Shown one piece after another: positions 54,701 through 63,013 of a stretch of DNA of 64,000 nt. Source of the stretch: an uncultured delta proteobacterium (GTDB lineage: Bacteria > Myxococcota_A > UBA9160 > SMWR01). The first letter of the stretch is position 1, and each line of letters begins with the position of its first letter. The translations under genes were made by a program, and so were the position numbers. The notes beneath the pieces are model-generated. The model was not told the origin of the DNA, searched no databases, and worked only from the letters and a program-made list of their open reading frames with translations. Location: positions 768,001-832,000 of the forward strand of contig CAWHTE010000011.1 in the NCBI GenBank assembly GCA_963832165.1, in the 5' to 3' direction.

Positions 54701-55689
54701 CCGGTGACGTGAACGGCGACGGCTATGCGGACGTGATCGTGGGCTCCCTTTCTGCGTACGTCTTTCTCGGGAGCGCGTCGGGAATCCCGGACGGCAATCC
54801 CATCACCGCGGAGACACAGCTCGACTCGGCCCAGGAGTTCGCGGCGTTCATCAACGTGGCGAGTGCGGGGGACGTGAACGGGGACGGCTACGCCGACGTG
54901 ATCGTGGGCGCTCACCAATACGACAACCCGAATACGAACCCGAATGCCGACGAGGGCGCGGCATTCGTATTCCTGGGCAGTGCGTCGGGGATCGCCGGCG
55001 GCAATCCCTCGACCTCGGCGGCCCAGCTCGAGTCGAACCAGGCGGGCGCGCACCTCGGCATCAGCGTGGCGGGTGCGGGCGACGTGAACGGCGACGGCTT
55101 CGCCGACGTGATCATCGGCGCCGACTCCTACGACGCGGGCGAGACGAACGAGGGCGCGGCGTTCGTGTTCCTCGGCAACTCCGCCACCGGTCGCCCGGTG
55201 CTCGCGCGCCAGCGGCGCGGCAACGGCAGCGGGATCGCGGTACAGCCGTGGGGCGGCGCACATTCAGGCACCGGCTTCGCCGCAGAGCTGCGCGCGAGCC
55301 ACCCGTACGGCACCGGCCGCGTGAAGGCCGAGCTCGAGGCGTGCCCGGACGGCCCCCCCGCGGTTGCCTTCGGCCACGCGAGCTGCACGACGGCCCTGAC
55401 ACCGACGTGGATCGCGGTCAACGGCACGACGCCCGATGTGCTGATCTCCCATACCTTCTCCGGCCTCACGCCGAACACGCTCTATCGCTGGCGAGCGCGC
55501 GTGCTGCACGCGGCGTCGACGGGAGCGATCGCGACCGAACCCGCGCACGGCCCGTGGCGGCGGGTCGCCGGGCAATCGGTGGAGGCGGACATCCGGCTGC
55601 CCGAGCCGGGTCTCGCGCTCGCGCTCGCGAACGGCGCCGCACTGCTCGCCGCCCTCGCGCGGCGGCGAGCACGCGGTCTGCGGAACTAG
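51706..55689 (+). CDS. Integrin-alpha/FG-GAP repeat protein (14 repeats) with N-terminal domain and C-terminal PEP-CTERM-like signal
   Basis: 14 GDVNGDGYxDV-type repeats with GAAFVF.GS; EWYVNSPAGLEQGF...YPIVIDP N-domain; LPEPGLALALANGAALLAALARRRAR. Confidence 0.88.
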   Translation: MRNRLARSLTTLISCIGLASACAHPGGGGPETAAGTGATDPLWLATAQRHIAAREYWASENGDGLQAPNRAHDLRTYFEKTGIRVHDRTAGGSPELLRLSLSGVGREKTLAAPAAGALVTDENRVEIHRPGLVEWYVNSPAGLEQGFTLEERPAGEGPLVAELRIASARLALRGSAVSIDTGTRRLRFGELAAVDAEGRSLAAHFELPETERLRIVVEDAGATYPIVIDPLLTETADTQLESDQGSAQFGRLGSAGDVNGDGYADVIVGAPLYDAGLADEGAAFVFLGSATGIADGGVAGAAAQLESDQAGAQMGRAVAGAGDVNGDGYGDVIVSAVNYDAGQGVGEGAAFVFLGSATGIADGNPSTAAAQLESDQANARLGFSVAGAGDVNGDGYADVIVGANLYDAGQTDEGAAFVFHGSATGIADGNPATAVTQLESNQAIGTVPQFGGSVAGAGDVNGDGYADVIVGASFYDAGSADEGAAFVFHGSATGIADGNPATAVTQLESNQAIGTVPQFGGSVAGAGDVNGDGYADVIVGALSYDATLPDSGAAFVFHGSATGIANGNPTTAETQLESVQGSAQFGRSVSGAGDVNGDGYADVIVSAPLYDAGSTDEGAAFVFHGSATGIADGNPATAAAQLESNQASAAADFSAGVGDVNGDGYADVMMSASSYDAPSADEGAAFLYLGGAAGIADGSPATAAAQLESNQANVPPAAFGSFGYSVSGAGDVNRDGYSDVVVGAPYYDAGLPDEGAAFVFHGSAAGIASGNPTTANALLESNQNAAQFGYSVSGAGDVNGDGYADLIVGAPVYDNPDADEGAAFVFHGSAAGIASGNPTTAAATFESNQLIGSSLLPPVFGYSVAGAGDVNGDGYGDVIVGAAGYDNAQDDEGAAFVFLGSASGIASGNPATAAAQIEPDQPTALLGYSVASAGDVNGDGYADVIVSAPNYDAGTTDEGAAFVFLGSASGIADGSPTTASAQLESDLESAFFGGTVDGAGDVNGDGYADVIVGSLSAYVFLGSASGIPDGNPITAETQLDSAQEFAAFINVASAGDVNGDGYADVIVGAHQYDNPNTNPNADEGAAFVFLGSASGIAGGNPSTSAAQLESNQAGAHLGISVAGAGDVNGDGFADVIIGADSYDAGETNEGAAFVFLGNSATGRPVLARQRRGNGSGIAVQPWGGAHSGTGFAAELRASHPYGTGRVKAELEACPDGPPAVAFGHASCTTALTPTWIAVNGTTPDVLISHTFSGLTPNTLYRWRARVLHAASTGAIATEPAHGPWRRVAGQSVEADIRLPEPGLALALANGAALLAALARRRARGLRN
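52951..53288 (+). repeat. Identical intragenic direct repeat (131 bp, 207-bp period)
   Basis: 52951-53081 matches 53158-53288 including synonymous positions. Confidence 0.85.
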
Positions 55690-55863
55690 ACCCGGGGCAC
55701 GGGTCAGGGCAACTCCAGGGCCGAGGTGAGCGTGTGCGCAGCGTTTTCGCTGCGCAGTGCCGCGCGGTGGATTCGGGGCGATTTGCACTCCGGTCGCGGA
55801 CGGGTTCTGCCGAAACGTCCCGTAAGAGATCGCTGCTCTACGAGCTTCGTTCCGGAGGGTTGG

Positions 55864-56523
55864 ATGCCGCAGGTCCGTGTTCGCCTCGTGCTGTCGTTGC
55901 TGCTGGGGCTGCTCTGTGCGCAGCCGAGCTCCGCGTTGATCATCGACATCGACGGGACCTCCAACAATCTCGCGAATCCGGTGACGGTCTTTTTGACCGC
56001 GGGCACGTACTCCGTGACGCCGATCGGGATCTCCGGCGGCGGCCTGTACGACGCGTGGAATCCCTTCGGCACCACGAGCTGCGCCACGTCGCCCGACGGC
56101 TGTCCCCAGACCATTCCCACGACCGTGGAGGGCTGGAAGATCTCCTACGACGTGATCTCGGATGACATCAGCTCGGTGATCGTGAGCGGCACTCCGCTCA
56201 CCTCGATCTCCAGCGCTCCCAGCGGTCCCGCCGTCATCCAGGATTACTGGCTGTCGAACGGCAGCGAGACGGATCGCTTCCATGTGGACGACGCGACCGT
56301 CTACGCGACCGCCGCCGACGCCTTCCCGAACGGCGAGAGCTCGCTGTTCACCGTGAGCGGGTCCGGGCTGGTCGGGTTCTCGATCCTCGACGGATTCACC
56401 GGCGACAATTTTGGCGGGATGTCGCTCGACATCCAGCCCCTGACCGTACCCGAGCCTGCGCCTGCGGCGCTGATGGCACTCGCGCTCACGGCGCTGTGTC
56501 TGTGGCGGCGCAGCACGCGCTAG
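55864..56523 (+). CDS. PEP-CTERM sorting domain protein
   Basis: Signal peptide ending PSSA; S/T/G-rich domain; VPEPAPAALMALALTALCLWRRSTR. Confidence 0.88.
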   Translation: MPQVRVRLVLSLLLGLLCAQPSSALIIDIDGTSNNLANPVTVFLTAGTYSVTPIGISGGGLYDAWNPFGTTSCATSPDGCPQTIPTTVEGWKISYDVISDDISSVIVSGTPLTSISSAPSGPAVIQDYWLSNGSETDRFHVDDATVYATAADAFPNGESSLFTVSGSGLVGFSILDGFTGDNFGGMSLDIQPLTVPEPAPAALMALALTALCLWRRSTR

Positions 56524-56566
56524 CGGAACTTCGCGCCCACAGCCCGAAGCACTGCCGCGGGTTGGA

Positions 56567-57553
56567 TCAGGCGATCCGGAAATCGGAGATCTGGATCTCC
56601 GCGCCGTAGTCGGCGTAGTCGCCCGCGGAGCGCTGATCGCGGAAGCGCGCCCACGACACTGGGCGGTAGCGCGCGCGCTCGCCACCGCGCAGCAGCTCGG
56701 GCAGCGGCTCGCAGATCGTCGCGTACGAGGGGTTCCAGAAGAACGGGGCCGAGAAGCGCGTGTGCTTCTCGCTCGCGACCACGCGGTGTACGGGCGAGCG
56801 GTAGTGATCGTTGCTCCACACCTGGAGCATGTCGCCGAGATTCACCGTGAACGCACCCGGCACCGGCTCGATCAGCACGAGCTGCTCGCCGCGCTGCACC
56901 TGGAGGCCCGCGTGCTCGTCCTGGTACAGCAGCGTGATCGCACCCGCGTCGGTGTGGTGGTGCACGGCGAGCTGGCCGCGCTCGGGGAGCAGCGGTGCAT
57001 CGGCGGGCGCGGGGTCGGGGCAGGGCAGGTAGCGGTTCAGGCGCTGGAAGCTCGTGTGATCGACGAACGCGTGGTCGAGCGCGTCGGGCTCGAGGTGGAG
57101 GCCCGCACACAGCGCGCGCTGGAGCGCGCGCGCGATTCCTCCGCAGCGGTGGTAGTGCGCGAGCAGCGCGTCGCGCAGCTCGGGCATCGCGGCGGGCCAG
57201 CGATTGGTGCCGTCGCTGTGGGAGGGCACTGGCGCTCCCGCTTCGCGCTCGATGCCGTAGTCGAACACCTCCTTCCAGTCGCGGCGGTTCTTGGTGAGCT
57301 CGGCGTCGTACCAGCCCCACGCGTTGTCGCGCGTGCGGCGCAGCGACTCCTTGGCGGCGGCCGGGAGATCGAAGAGCTGCCGCATCGCCGCCGCGAACGA
57401 ATCGAGCTGGCCGGCCGGGATGCCGTGCCCCACGACGTGGAAGAGGCCCCACTCTGCGCATGGCTCCGCGATCGCGCGCGCCACACGAGCGATCGCTCGG
57501 GCGTCGCCGCTGTCGAGGCCGCGGATATCGACGATCTCGGGCTGGTCGCTCAT
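56567..57553 (-). CDS. 2OG-Fe(II) dioxygenase (isopenicillin N synthase family)
   Basis: WGLFHVVGHG, HTDAG, VNLGDMLQVWSN, HRV, RFS. Confidence 0.92.
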   Translation of the reverse strand: MSDQPEIVDIRGLDSGDARAIARVARAIAEPCAEWGLFHVVGHGIPAGQLDSFAAAMRQLFDLPAAAKESLRRTRDNAWGWYDAELTKNRRDWKEVFDYGIEREAGAPVPSHSDGTNRWPAAMPELRDALLAHYHRCGGIARALQRALCAGLHLEPDALDHAFVDHTSFQRLNRYLPCPDPAPADAPLLPERGQLAVHHHTDAGAITLLYQDEHAGLQVQRGEQLVLIEPVPGAFTVNLGDMLQVWSNDHYRSPVHRVVASEKHTRFSAPFFWNPSYATICEPLPELLRGGERARYRPVSWARFRDQRSAGDYADYGAEIQISDFRIA

Positions 57554-57626
57554 CGGCAACCCTTCATCGCTCCGATCAGGGTATCCTGTTTCCCCGCTTT
57601 GCGAGGACACCGCGAGGAGATCCGTG

Positions 57627-58622
57627 ATGAAGTACCGACTGCTGGGCAACAGTGGCCTGCGCGTATCCGAGCTCGCGCTCGGCGCGATGACGTTCGGTAT
57701 GCCGGGCTGGGGAGTCGAGAAGGACGAGAGCCGCCGCGTCTACGACGGGTTCCGCGAAGCCGGCGGCAACTTCGTCGACACGGCCAATCTCTACAGCGGC
57801 GGCCGCAGCGAGACGTTCCTGGGCGAGTTCCTCGCGGGTGAGCGCGAGCGGATCGTGCTCGCGACCAAGTACACGGGCGCCACGCGCAGCCGCGACGTGA
57901 ACGCCTCGGGCAACAACCGCAAGAACATGATGGACGCGGTGCACGCGAGCCTGAAGCGCTTGAACACCGACTACATCGACCTCTACTGGGTGCACGCGCG
58001 CGACTACACCACGCCGATCGAGGAGGTGATGCGCGGGCTCGACGACCTCGTGCGGCAGGGGAAGATCCTCTACGCGGGCATCTCCGACACGCCGGCCTGG
58101 GAGGTTTCGCGCGCCAACATGCTCGCGACGCTGCGCGGCTGGACTCCGTTCGTCGGGCTCCAGATCCGGTACAGCCTGCTCGACCGCGCAGTCGAGCGCG
58201 AGCTGCTGCCGATGGCGCGCGCGCTCGACATCGCGGTGACGCCCTGGGACACGCTGGGCTCGGGGGTCCTGACCGGGAAATACAACCGCGACTCGGGGAC
58301 CGAGGGTCGCGCGACGCTGCGCGGCAAGGTCAGCGAGCGCAATCTCGCGATCGCCGCGGAGGTGATCCAGGTCGCCGAGAAGATCGGCCGCTCGCCCGCG
58401 CAGGTCGCGCTCAACTGGGTCCGCCAGCAGCCCAACGTGATCGTTCCGCTCGTGGGCGCGAAGACGCGCGCGCAGCTCGACGACAACCTCGGCTGCCTCG
58501 AGTTCGAGCTGGCGCCCGAGGACATCGCGCGGCTCGACGAGGTGAGTCGGATCGAGCTCGGCTTCCCGCACGACTTCCTGGAGCAGTTCGCGTCGTCGAG
58601 CATCGTGAATCACCGCGCCTAG
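57627..58622 (+). CDS. Aldo/keto reductase
   Basis: GLRVSELALG, DTANLY, LATKY, DYIDLYWVH. Confidence 0.93.
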   Translation: MKYRLLGNSGLRVSELALGAMTFGMPGWGVEKDESRRVYDGFREAGGNFVDTANLYSGGRSETFLGEFLAGERERIVLATKYTGATRSRDVNASGNNRKNMMDAVHASLKRLNTDYIDLYWVHARDYTTPIEEVMRGLDDLVRQGKILYAGISDTPAWEVSRANMLATLRGWTPFVGLQIRYSLLDRAVERELLPMARALDIAVTPWDTLGSGVLTGKYNRDSGTEGRATLRGKVSERNLAIAAEVIQVAEKIGRSPAQVALNWVRQQPNVIVPLVGAKTRAQLDDNLGCLEFELAPEDIARLDEVSRIELGFPHDFLEQFASSSIVNHRA

Positions 58623-58633
58623 AGCCGCGCTCG

Positions 58634-60442
58634 ATGTCCCGCCTGCATCGCCTCCGCGCGGCGTTTCTCGCCGCGCTCGCGGTCGCGCTCTATGCGAACA
58701 CGTTCGGACACGGATACGCGCTCGACGACCGGCTGGTGATCACTCACAACGAGTTCACCCAGGCGGGCTGGGCGGGGATTCCGGATCTGCTCAAGGAAGA
58801 CTCGTTCCGCGGCTATCTCGGCGCGCAGGCCAATCCGGTGTTCGGCGGTCGCTATCGGCCGCTCTCGCTGGTCGCGTTCGCGGTCGAGAAGGCGCTCTTC
58901 GGCAAGAGCCCGTTCGCGCACCATCTCGTGCAGGTGCTGCTCTACGCGCTGTGCTGCGCCGTCTTCTATCGCGTGGCGGTCGAGATGCTCGGCGCGCGCG
59001 CGGGTGAGTCGCCGCCATGGCTCTCGCTGCCGTTCGTGGCCGCGCTCCTGTTCACGGTGCACCCGCTGCACACCGAGGTGGTCGCGAACCTGAAGAGCCG
59101 CGACGAGATCCTCGCGCTGCTGTTCGCACTGATCAGCCTCTCGCTGTGCCTGCGCGCGGCGGCGGCACCGGGCCGCAGGGACGCGATCGCGGCCGCGGTG
59201 GCGTTCTTCGTCGCGCTGCTCGCGAAGGAGAGCGCGGTCACGTTCCTCGCGATCATCCCGCTCTCGCTGTGGTTCTTCCGCAAGCTCGGCCGCGCGGAGC
59301 TCGCGCGCGTGATGCCCGGGCTCGCGATCGCCACGTGCGCCTATCTCGTGTTGCGACAGGCGAGCGTGATGGGAGGAACCGCACGCCCAGAGCTGCTCAA
59401 CGATCCGTTCCTGGGTGTCTCGGGCGCCGATGCCTGGGCGACGGCGTTCTACACGCTCTGGCGCTATCTGGCGCTGATCTTCTGGCCGCACCCGCTCACC
59501 CACGACTACGGGCCGTACCACGTGGCGATCCTCTCCTGGAGCGATCTCGGCCCGTGGCTGGGTTTCGCGAGCCAGCTCGCGCTGGCCGGGCTCGCACTCT
59601 CGGGAGCGCGGACGCGCGCGGTGCCTGCCTACGCCGCGGCGTTCTACCTCGTCGCACTCTCGGTGGCCTCGAACCTGCTCTTCACGATCGGCACGTTCAT
59701 GGGCGAGCGATTCCTGTTCGCGCCGTCCGCGGGCGCTGCGCTGGGCCTCGCCTGGGCGCTGCTCGCGGGCATCGAGCGCTGGGTCCCCGCGGCGCTGCGC
59801 GCGCGCGTCGCGCTGGTCGCGGTGGGAATCTGGGTGTCGGCACTCGCCGTGGCGACCGTGATCCGCAATCCGGTGTGGCGCGACAACGAGACGCTGTTCC
59901 GCACCGACATCACCGTCTCGTCGCAGAGCGCCTCCGCGAACGCAAATCTCGCCGACGTGCTCCTGATCCGCGCGAGCGAGACGCGCGAGCCCGCGGAACG
60001 CGCGCAGCTCGAGGCGGAGGCGGTCGCGCATCTCGAGACGGCGCTGCAGGTCCACCCGAGCTACGAACGCGCGCTCGAGATGCTCGGGGCGGTGCACAAG
60101 CGGCGCGGCGACTTCGACGGAACGCTCGCTGCGCTCGAGCGCTTGTTCCGGTTGAACCCGCGGCGCGGAAACGTCGCGTTCAATGCCGGCACGCTGATTC
60201 TCGAGCATCACCCCGAGCGCGGTGCGGATGCTGTGCGCTACCTCGAGCGCGCTGTGGAGATCCGGCCCGACGACGCCGACTCCCACGCGAATCTCGGCGC
60301 CGCCTACTATGGAGTCGGCGATCTCGCGCGAGCGATCACGTCGTACGAGCGCGCGGTCGCGCTCGCGCCCGAGCGCGCCAACCACCGCGCCAATCTCGAG
60401 GCGCTGCGCGCCGAGGCCGCGGTCCCGTCCGACTCGCGATGA
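58634..60442 (+). CDS. TMTC-like GT-C membrane glycosyltransferase (DUF1736) with C-terminal TPRs
   Basis: YALDD, YRPL, HPLHTEVVA, LLAKE, ERFLF, W+D..TLF, then TPR repeats. Confidence 0.8.
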   Translation: MSRLHRLRAAFLAALAVALYANTFGHGYALDDRLVITHNEFTQAGWAGIPDLLKEDSFRGYLGAQANPVFGGRYRPLSLVAFAVEKALFGKSPFAHHLVQVLLYALCCAVFYRVAVEMLGARAGESPPWLSLPFVAALLFTVHPLHTEVVANLKSRDEILALLFALISLSLCLRAAAAPGRRDAIAAAVAFFVALLAKESAVTFLAIIPLSLWFFRKLGRAELARVMPGLAIATCAYLVLRQASVMGGTARPELLNDPFLGVSGADAWATAFYTLWRYLALIFWPHPLTHDYGPYHVAILSWSDLGPWLGFASQLALAGLALSGARTRAVPAYAAAFYLVALSVASNLLFTIGTFMGERFLFAPSAGAALGLAWALLAGIERWVPAALRARVALVAVGIWVSALAVATVIRNPVWRDNETLFRTDITVSSQSASANANLADVLLIRASETREPAERAQLEAEAVAHLETALQVHPSYERALEMLGAVHKRRGDFDGTLAALERLFRLNPRRGNVAFNAGTLILEHHPERGADAVRYLERAVEIRPDDADSHANLGAAYYGVGDLARAITSYERAVALAPERANHRANLEALRAEAAVPSDSR

Positions 60443-60454
60443 CGTGAGCTTCGC

Positions 60455-60934
60455 TCACGGCCCCCAGCGGATTCGAACCTTGCGATTGCCCCACGCGCGC
60501 GCGGCGCGCACGTCCTTGCCCATGTAGATGTCGATGCGCTTCTTCCAGCGCTTCGGGAGGCGATCGAGCACCGTGTAATGGCCCTGGAGACCGTCGATCC
60601 GCACCGTCACTCCGCGCGTGAGGCCGAGCGCGATCAGGTCGTGCGACACCGCGATCGTCCTCATGCCGGGCTTCAGGCGATCGCCCCAGGCCCCGTGCTG
60701 GCCGCCGCCGACGCCCTGCGAGGGCACCGAGTTGTAGGCCGTCGCGGTCACGAGGAGCTCCGATTCGGAGAGCGGCGGCGCGGGCGAAGGGGTCGGGGGA
60801 GCAGGCACGGGCGCCGCGCACTCCCCCGGAGGTGCGACGCGATCGCGCGGCGCGGGCGCAGGCTCGCGCGGGGCGATCGCGCGGCAGCCCAGCGCGAGCT
60901 CGGCGATCGCGATCAGAATGGCCGCCGTTCGCAT
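60455..60934 (-). CDS. 3D-domain lipoprotein
   Basis: LALGC lipobox, VTATAYNS, IAVS.D, VLDR, RIDIYMG, WG. Confidence 0.85.
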   Translation of the reverse strand: MRTAAILIAIAELALGCRAIAPREPAPAPRDRVAPPGECAAPVPAPPTPSPAPPLSESELLVTATAYNSVPSQGVGGGQHGAWGDRLKPGMRTIAVSHDLIALGLTRGVTVRIDGLQGHYTVLDRLPKRWKKRIDIYMGKDVRAARAWGNRKVRIRWGP

Positions 60935-60977
60935 GGACTCCTCCCCGGCCGGGGGATGCCGCATGCTCGCGCGGATC

Positions 60978-61274
60978 ATGCCCGAAGACGAGGGGCCGTT
61001 CCCCGAGCCGGTCGAGATTCCGATCGGCGATTCGATCGACCTGCATTACTTCCCGCCGCGCGACGTCGGCGAGGTCGTCGACGCCTATCTCGAGGCCGCG
61101 GCCGAGCGCGGGCTGCGCGAGGTGCGCATCATCCACGGGCGCGGCCGCGGCGTACAGCGCCATCGCGTGCACCAGCACCTCGCGCGCAGCCCCTACGTCG
61201 AGCGCTTCACCGAAGCGCCCGCCGATCGCGGCGGCTGGGGCGCGACGCTCGTGTGGCTGCGAGCACCGGAGTGA
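60978..61274 (+). CDS. Smr/MutS2 C-terminal domain protein
   Basis: IDLH, RIIHGRGRG, GGWGATLV. Confidence 0.88.
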   Translation: MPEDEGPFPEPVEIPIGDSIDLHYFPPRDVGEVVDAYLEAAAERGLREVRIIHGRGRGVQRHRVHQHLARSPYVERFTEAPADRGGWGATLVWLRAPE

Positions 61275-61293
61275 CCGGCCGCGCGAAGGCGGA

Positions 61294-62949
61294 TCACGGC
61301 AGCGCGCGAGCGAGGATCGCGTCGAAGTTCGTGCGCGCGGGCAGCGCGCCGAACAGGTGTCCGCGGCCCGCGAGGCGCGATGCGCAGTAGGCGTCCGCGA
61401 TTGCAGCGGGCGCCGCGCGCAGGAGCAGCGACGCCTGGAGCGCGGTCGCGAGTCTTCCCACGAGATCGCGCGCGCGCGTCTCGGCATCCGAGGGATCGGA
61501 GAGATCGGACTCGAGCGCGCGCAGCGCGTCGTCGAGGCGTCGGTCGGCGCCGTGCGCGAGCCGGATCTCCGCGAGCAAAGCCGGCAGCGTGTCGGGCTCG
61601 CGCGTGATCGCGCGCAGCACGTCCAGGCAGATCACGTTGCCCGACCCCTCCCAGATCGCGTTGAGCGGCGCCTCGCGGTACAGCCGCGCGAGGATTGCCT
61701 CCTCGACGTAGCCGTTGCCGCCGAGACACTCCATCGCCTCGCCGATCGCGAGCGGTGCGCGCTTGCACACCCAGTATTTCCCGACGGCCGCGGTGATCCG
61801 TGCGAACGCGTGCTCGCCGGGGTCGTCGGCCGCGCGGTCGTAGCCGCGCGCGAGCCGCAGCATGAGCGCCGTAGCGGCCTCCACCTCGAGCGCGAGGTCC
61901 GCGAGCACGTTCCTCATCAGCGGCTGGTCGGCGAGCCGGTGACCGAACGCGGAGCGGTGGCGCGCATGGTGCAGCGCCTGCGCGAGCGCCATGCGCATGA
62001 GTCCCGTGCTGCCGCTCACGCAATCGAGCCGCGTGTGGTGCACCATCGCGAGGATCGTGCGCACGCCGCGCTCCTCGGGCCCGACGCGCCGCGCCCAGGT
62101 GCCGCGGTACTCGATCTCGCTCGACGCGTTGGAGCGGTTGCCGAGCTTGTCCTTGAGTCGCTGGATGTGAAACGGGTTGCGGCTCCCGTCGGGACGCCAG
62201 CGCGGCACGAGGAAGCAGGTGGGCGGCGCTCCGGGACGCGTGAGTGCGAGCGTGAGCAGCGCGTCGCTCATGGGCGCGGAATAGAACCACTTGTGACCTA
62301 CGAGCTCGTAGACATCGCCGCCGATCGGGTGCGCGAGCGTGGTATTCGCGCGCACGTCGCTGCCACCCTGCTTCTCGGTCATTCCCATCCCGATCGTCGC
62401 GGCCGTCTTCTCGCGCGCGGGGCAGCTGCGCGGGTCGTAGCGCGTCGCGAGCACACGCGGCTCCCACTCGTCGGCCACCGCCTTCTCGGCGCGCAGCGTG
62501 GGCACACACGCGTACGTCATCGTGATCGGGCATGCGTGGCCCGCTTCCACCTGATTCAAGATCGAGTGCAGCGCCGTACGCGCGACGTGTGCGCCCGGAC
62601 GAGGCTCGCGCCAGGGCAGCGCGTGCACGGCGTGCTCCATGGCGAGCCCCATCAGCGCGTGCCATGCGGGATGGAACGCCACCTCGTCGATCCGGTGCCC
62701 GAAGCGGTCGAATGCGGTGAGCTCGGGTGGATGGCGGTTCGCCTCGCGCCCGAACGCGAGCGCCTCTGCGCTGCCCATCACCGCGCCGTACGCGCGCACG
62801 CGCGGCGCCGCCCAGCCGCCGCCTTCGCGCTCGAGTCCCTCGCCGAGCGCGCGGTCGAGCTCGAACAGGTTCACGTTCTCGAGCGGCGGCGGCTGATTCT
62901 CCACCGCGTGGGTGGCGCCTCCCAGGTCGCGCGATCCGGCGTCGCTCAC
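61294..62949 (-). CDS. aidB: AidB-like acyl-CoA dehydrogenase
   Basis: THAVENQPPPL, CPITMTYA, GMGMTEKQGGSDVRANTT, KLGNRSNASSE, IWEGSGN. Confidence 0.85.
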   Translation of the reverse strand: MSDAGSRDLGGATHAVENQPPPLENVNLFELDRALGEGLEREGGGWAAPRVRAYGAVMGSAEALAFGREANRHPPELTAFDRFGHRIDEVAFHPAWHALMGLAMEHAVHALPWREPRPGAHVARTALHSILNQVEAGHACPITMTYACVPTLRAEKAVADEWEPRVLATRYDPRSCPAREKTAATIGMGMTEKQGGSDVRANTTLAHPIGGDVYELVGHKWFYSAPMSDALLTLALTRPGAPPTCFLVPRWRPDGSRNPFHIQRLKDKLGNRSNASSEIEYRGTWARRVGPEERGVRTILAMVHHTRLDCVSGSTGLMRMALAQALHHARHRSAFGHRLADQPLMRNVLADLALEVEAATALMLRLARGYDRAADDPGEHAFARITAAVGKYWVCKRAPLAIGEAMECLGGNGYVEEAILARLYREAPLNAIWEGSGNVICLDVLRAITREPDTLPALLAEIRLAHGADRRLDDALRALESDLSDPSDAETRARDLVGRLATALQASLLLRAAPAAIADAYCASRLAGRGHLFGALPARTNFDAILARALP

Positions 62950-63013
62950 GCGGGGAGTGTCGGTCCGCGGCCGCGGCACAGTCAAGGCAGATGCCGCTAT
63001 GTTCCACAGTGTG

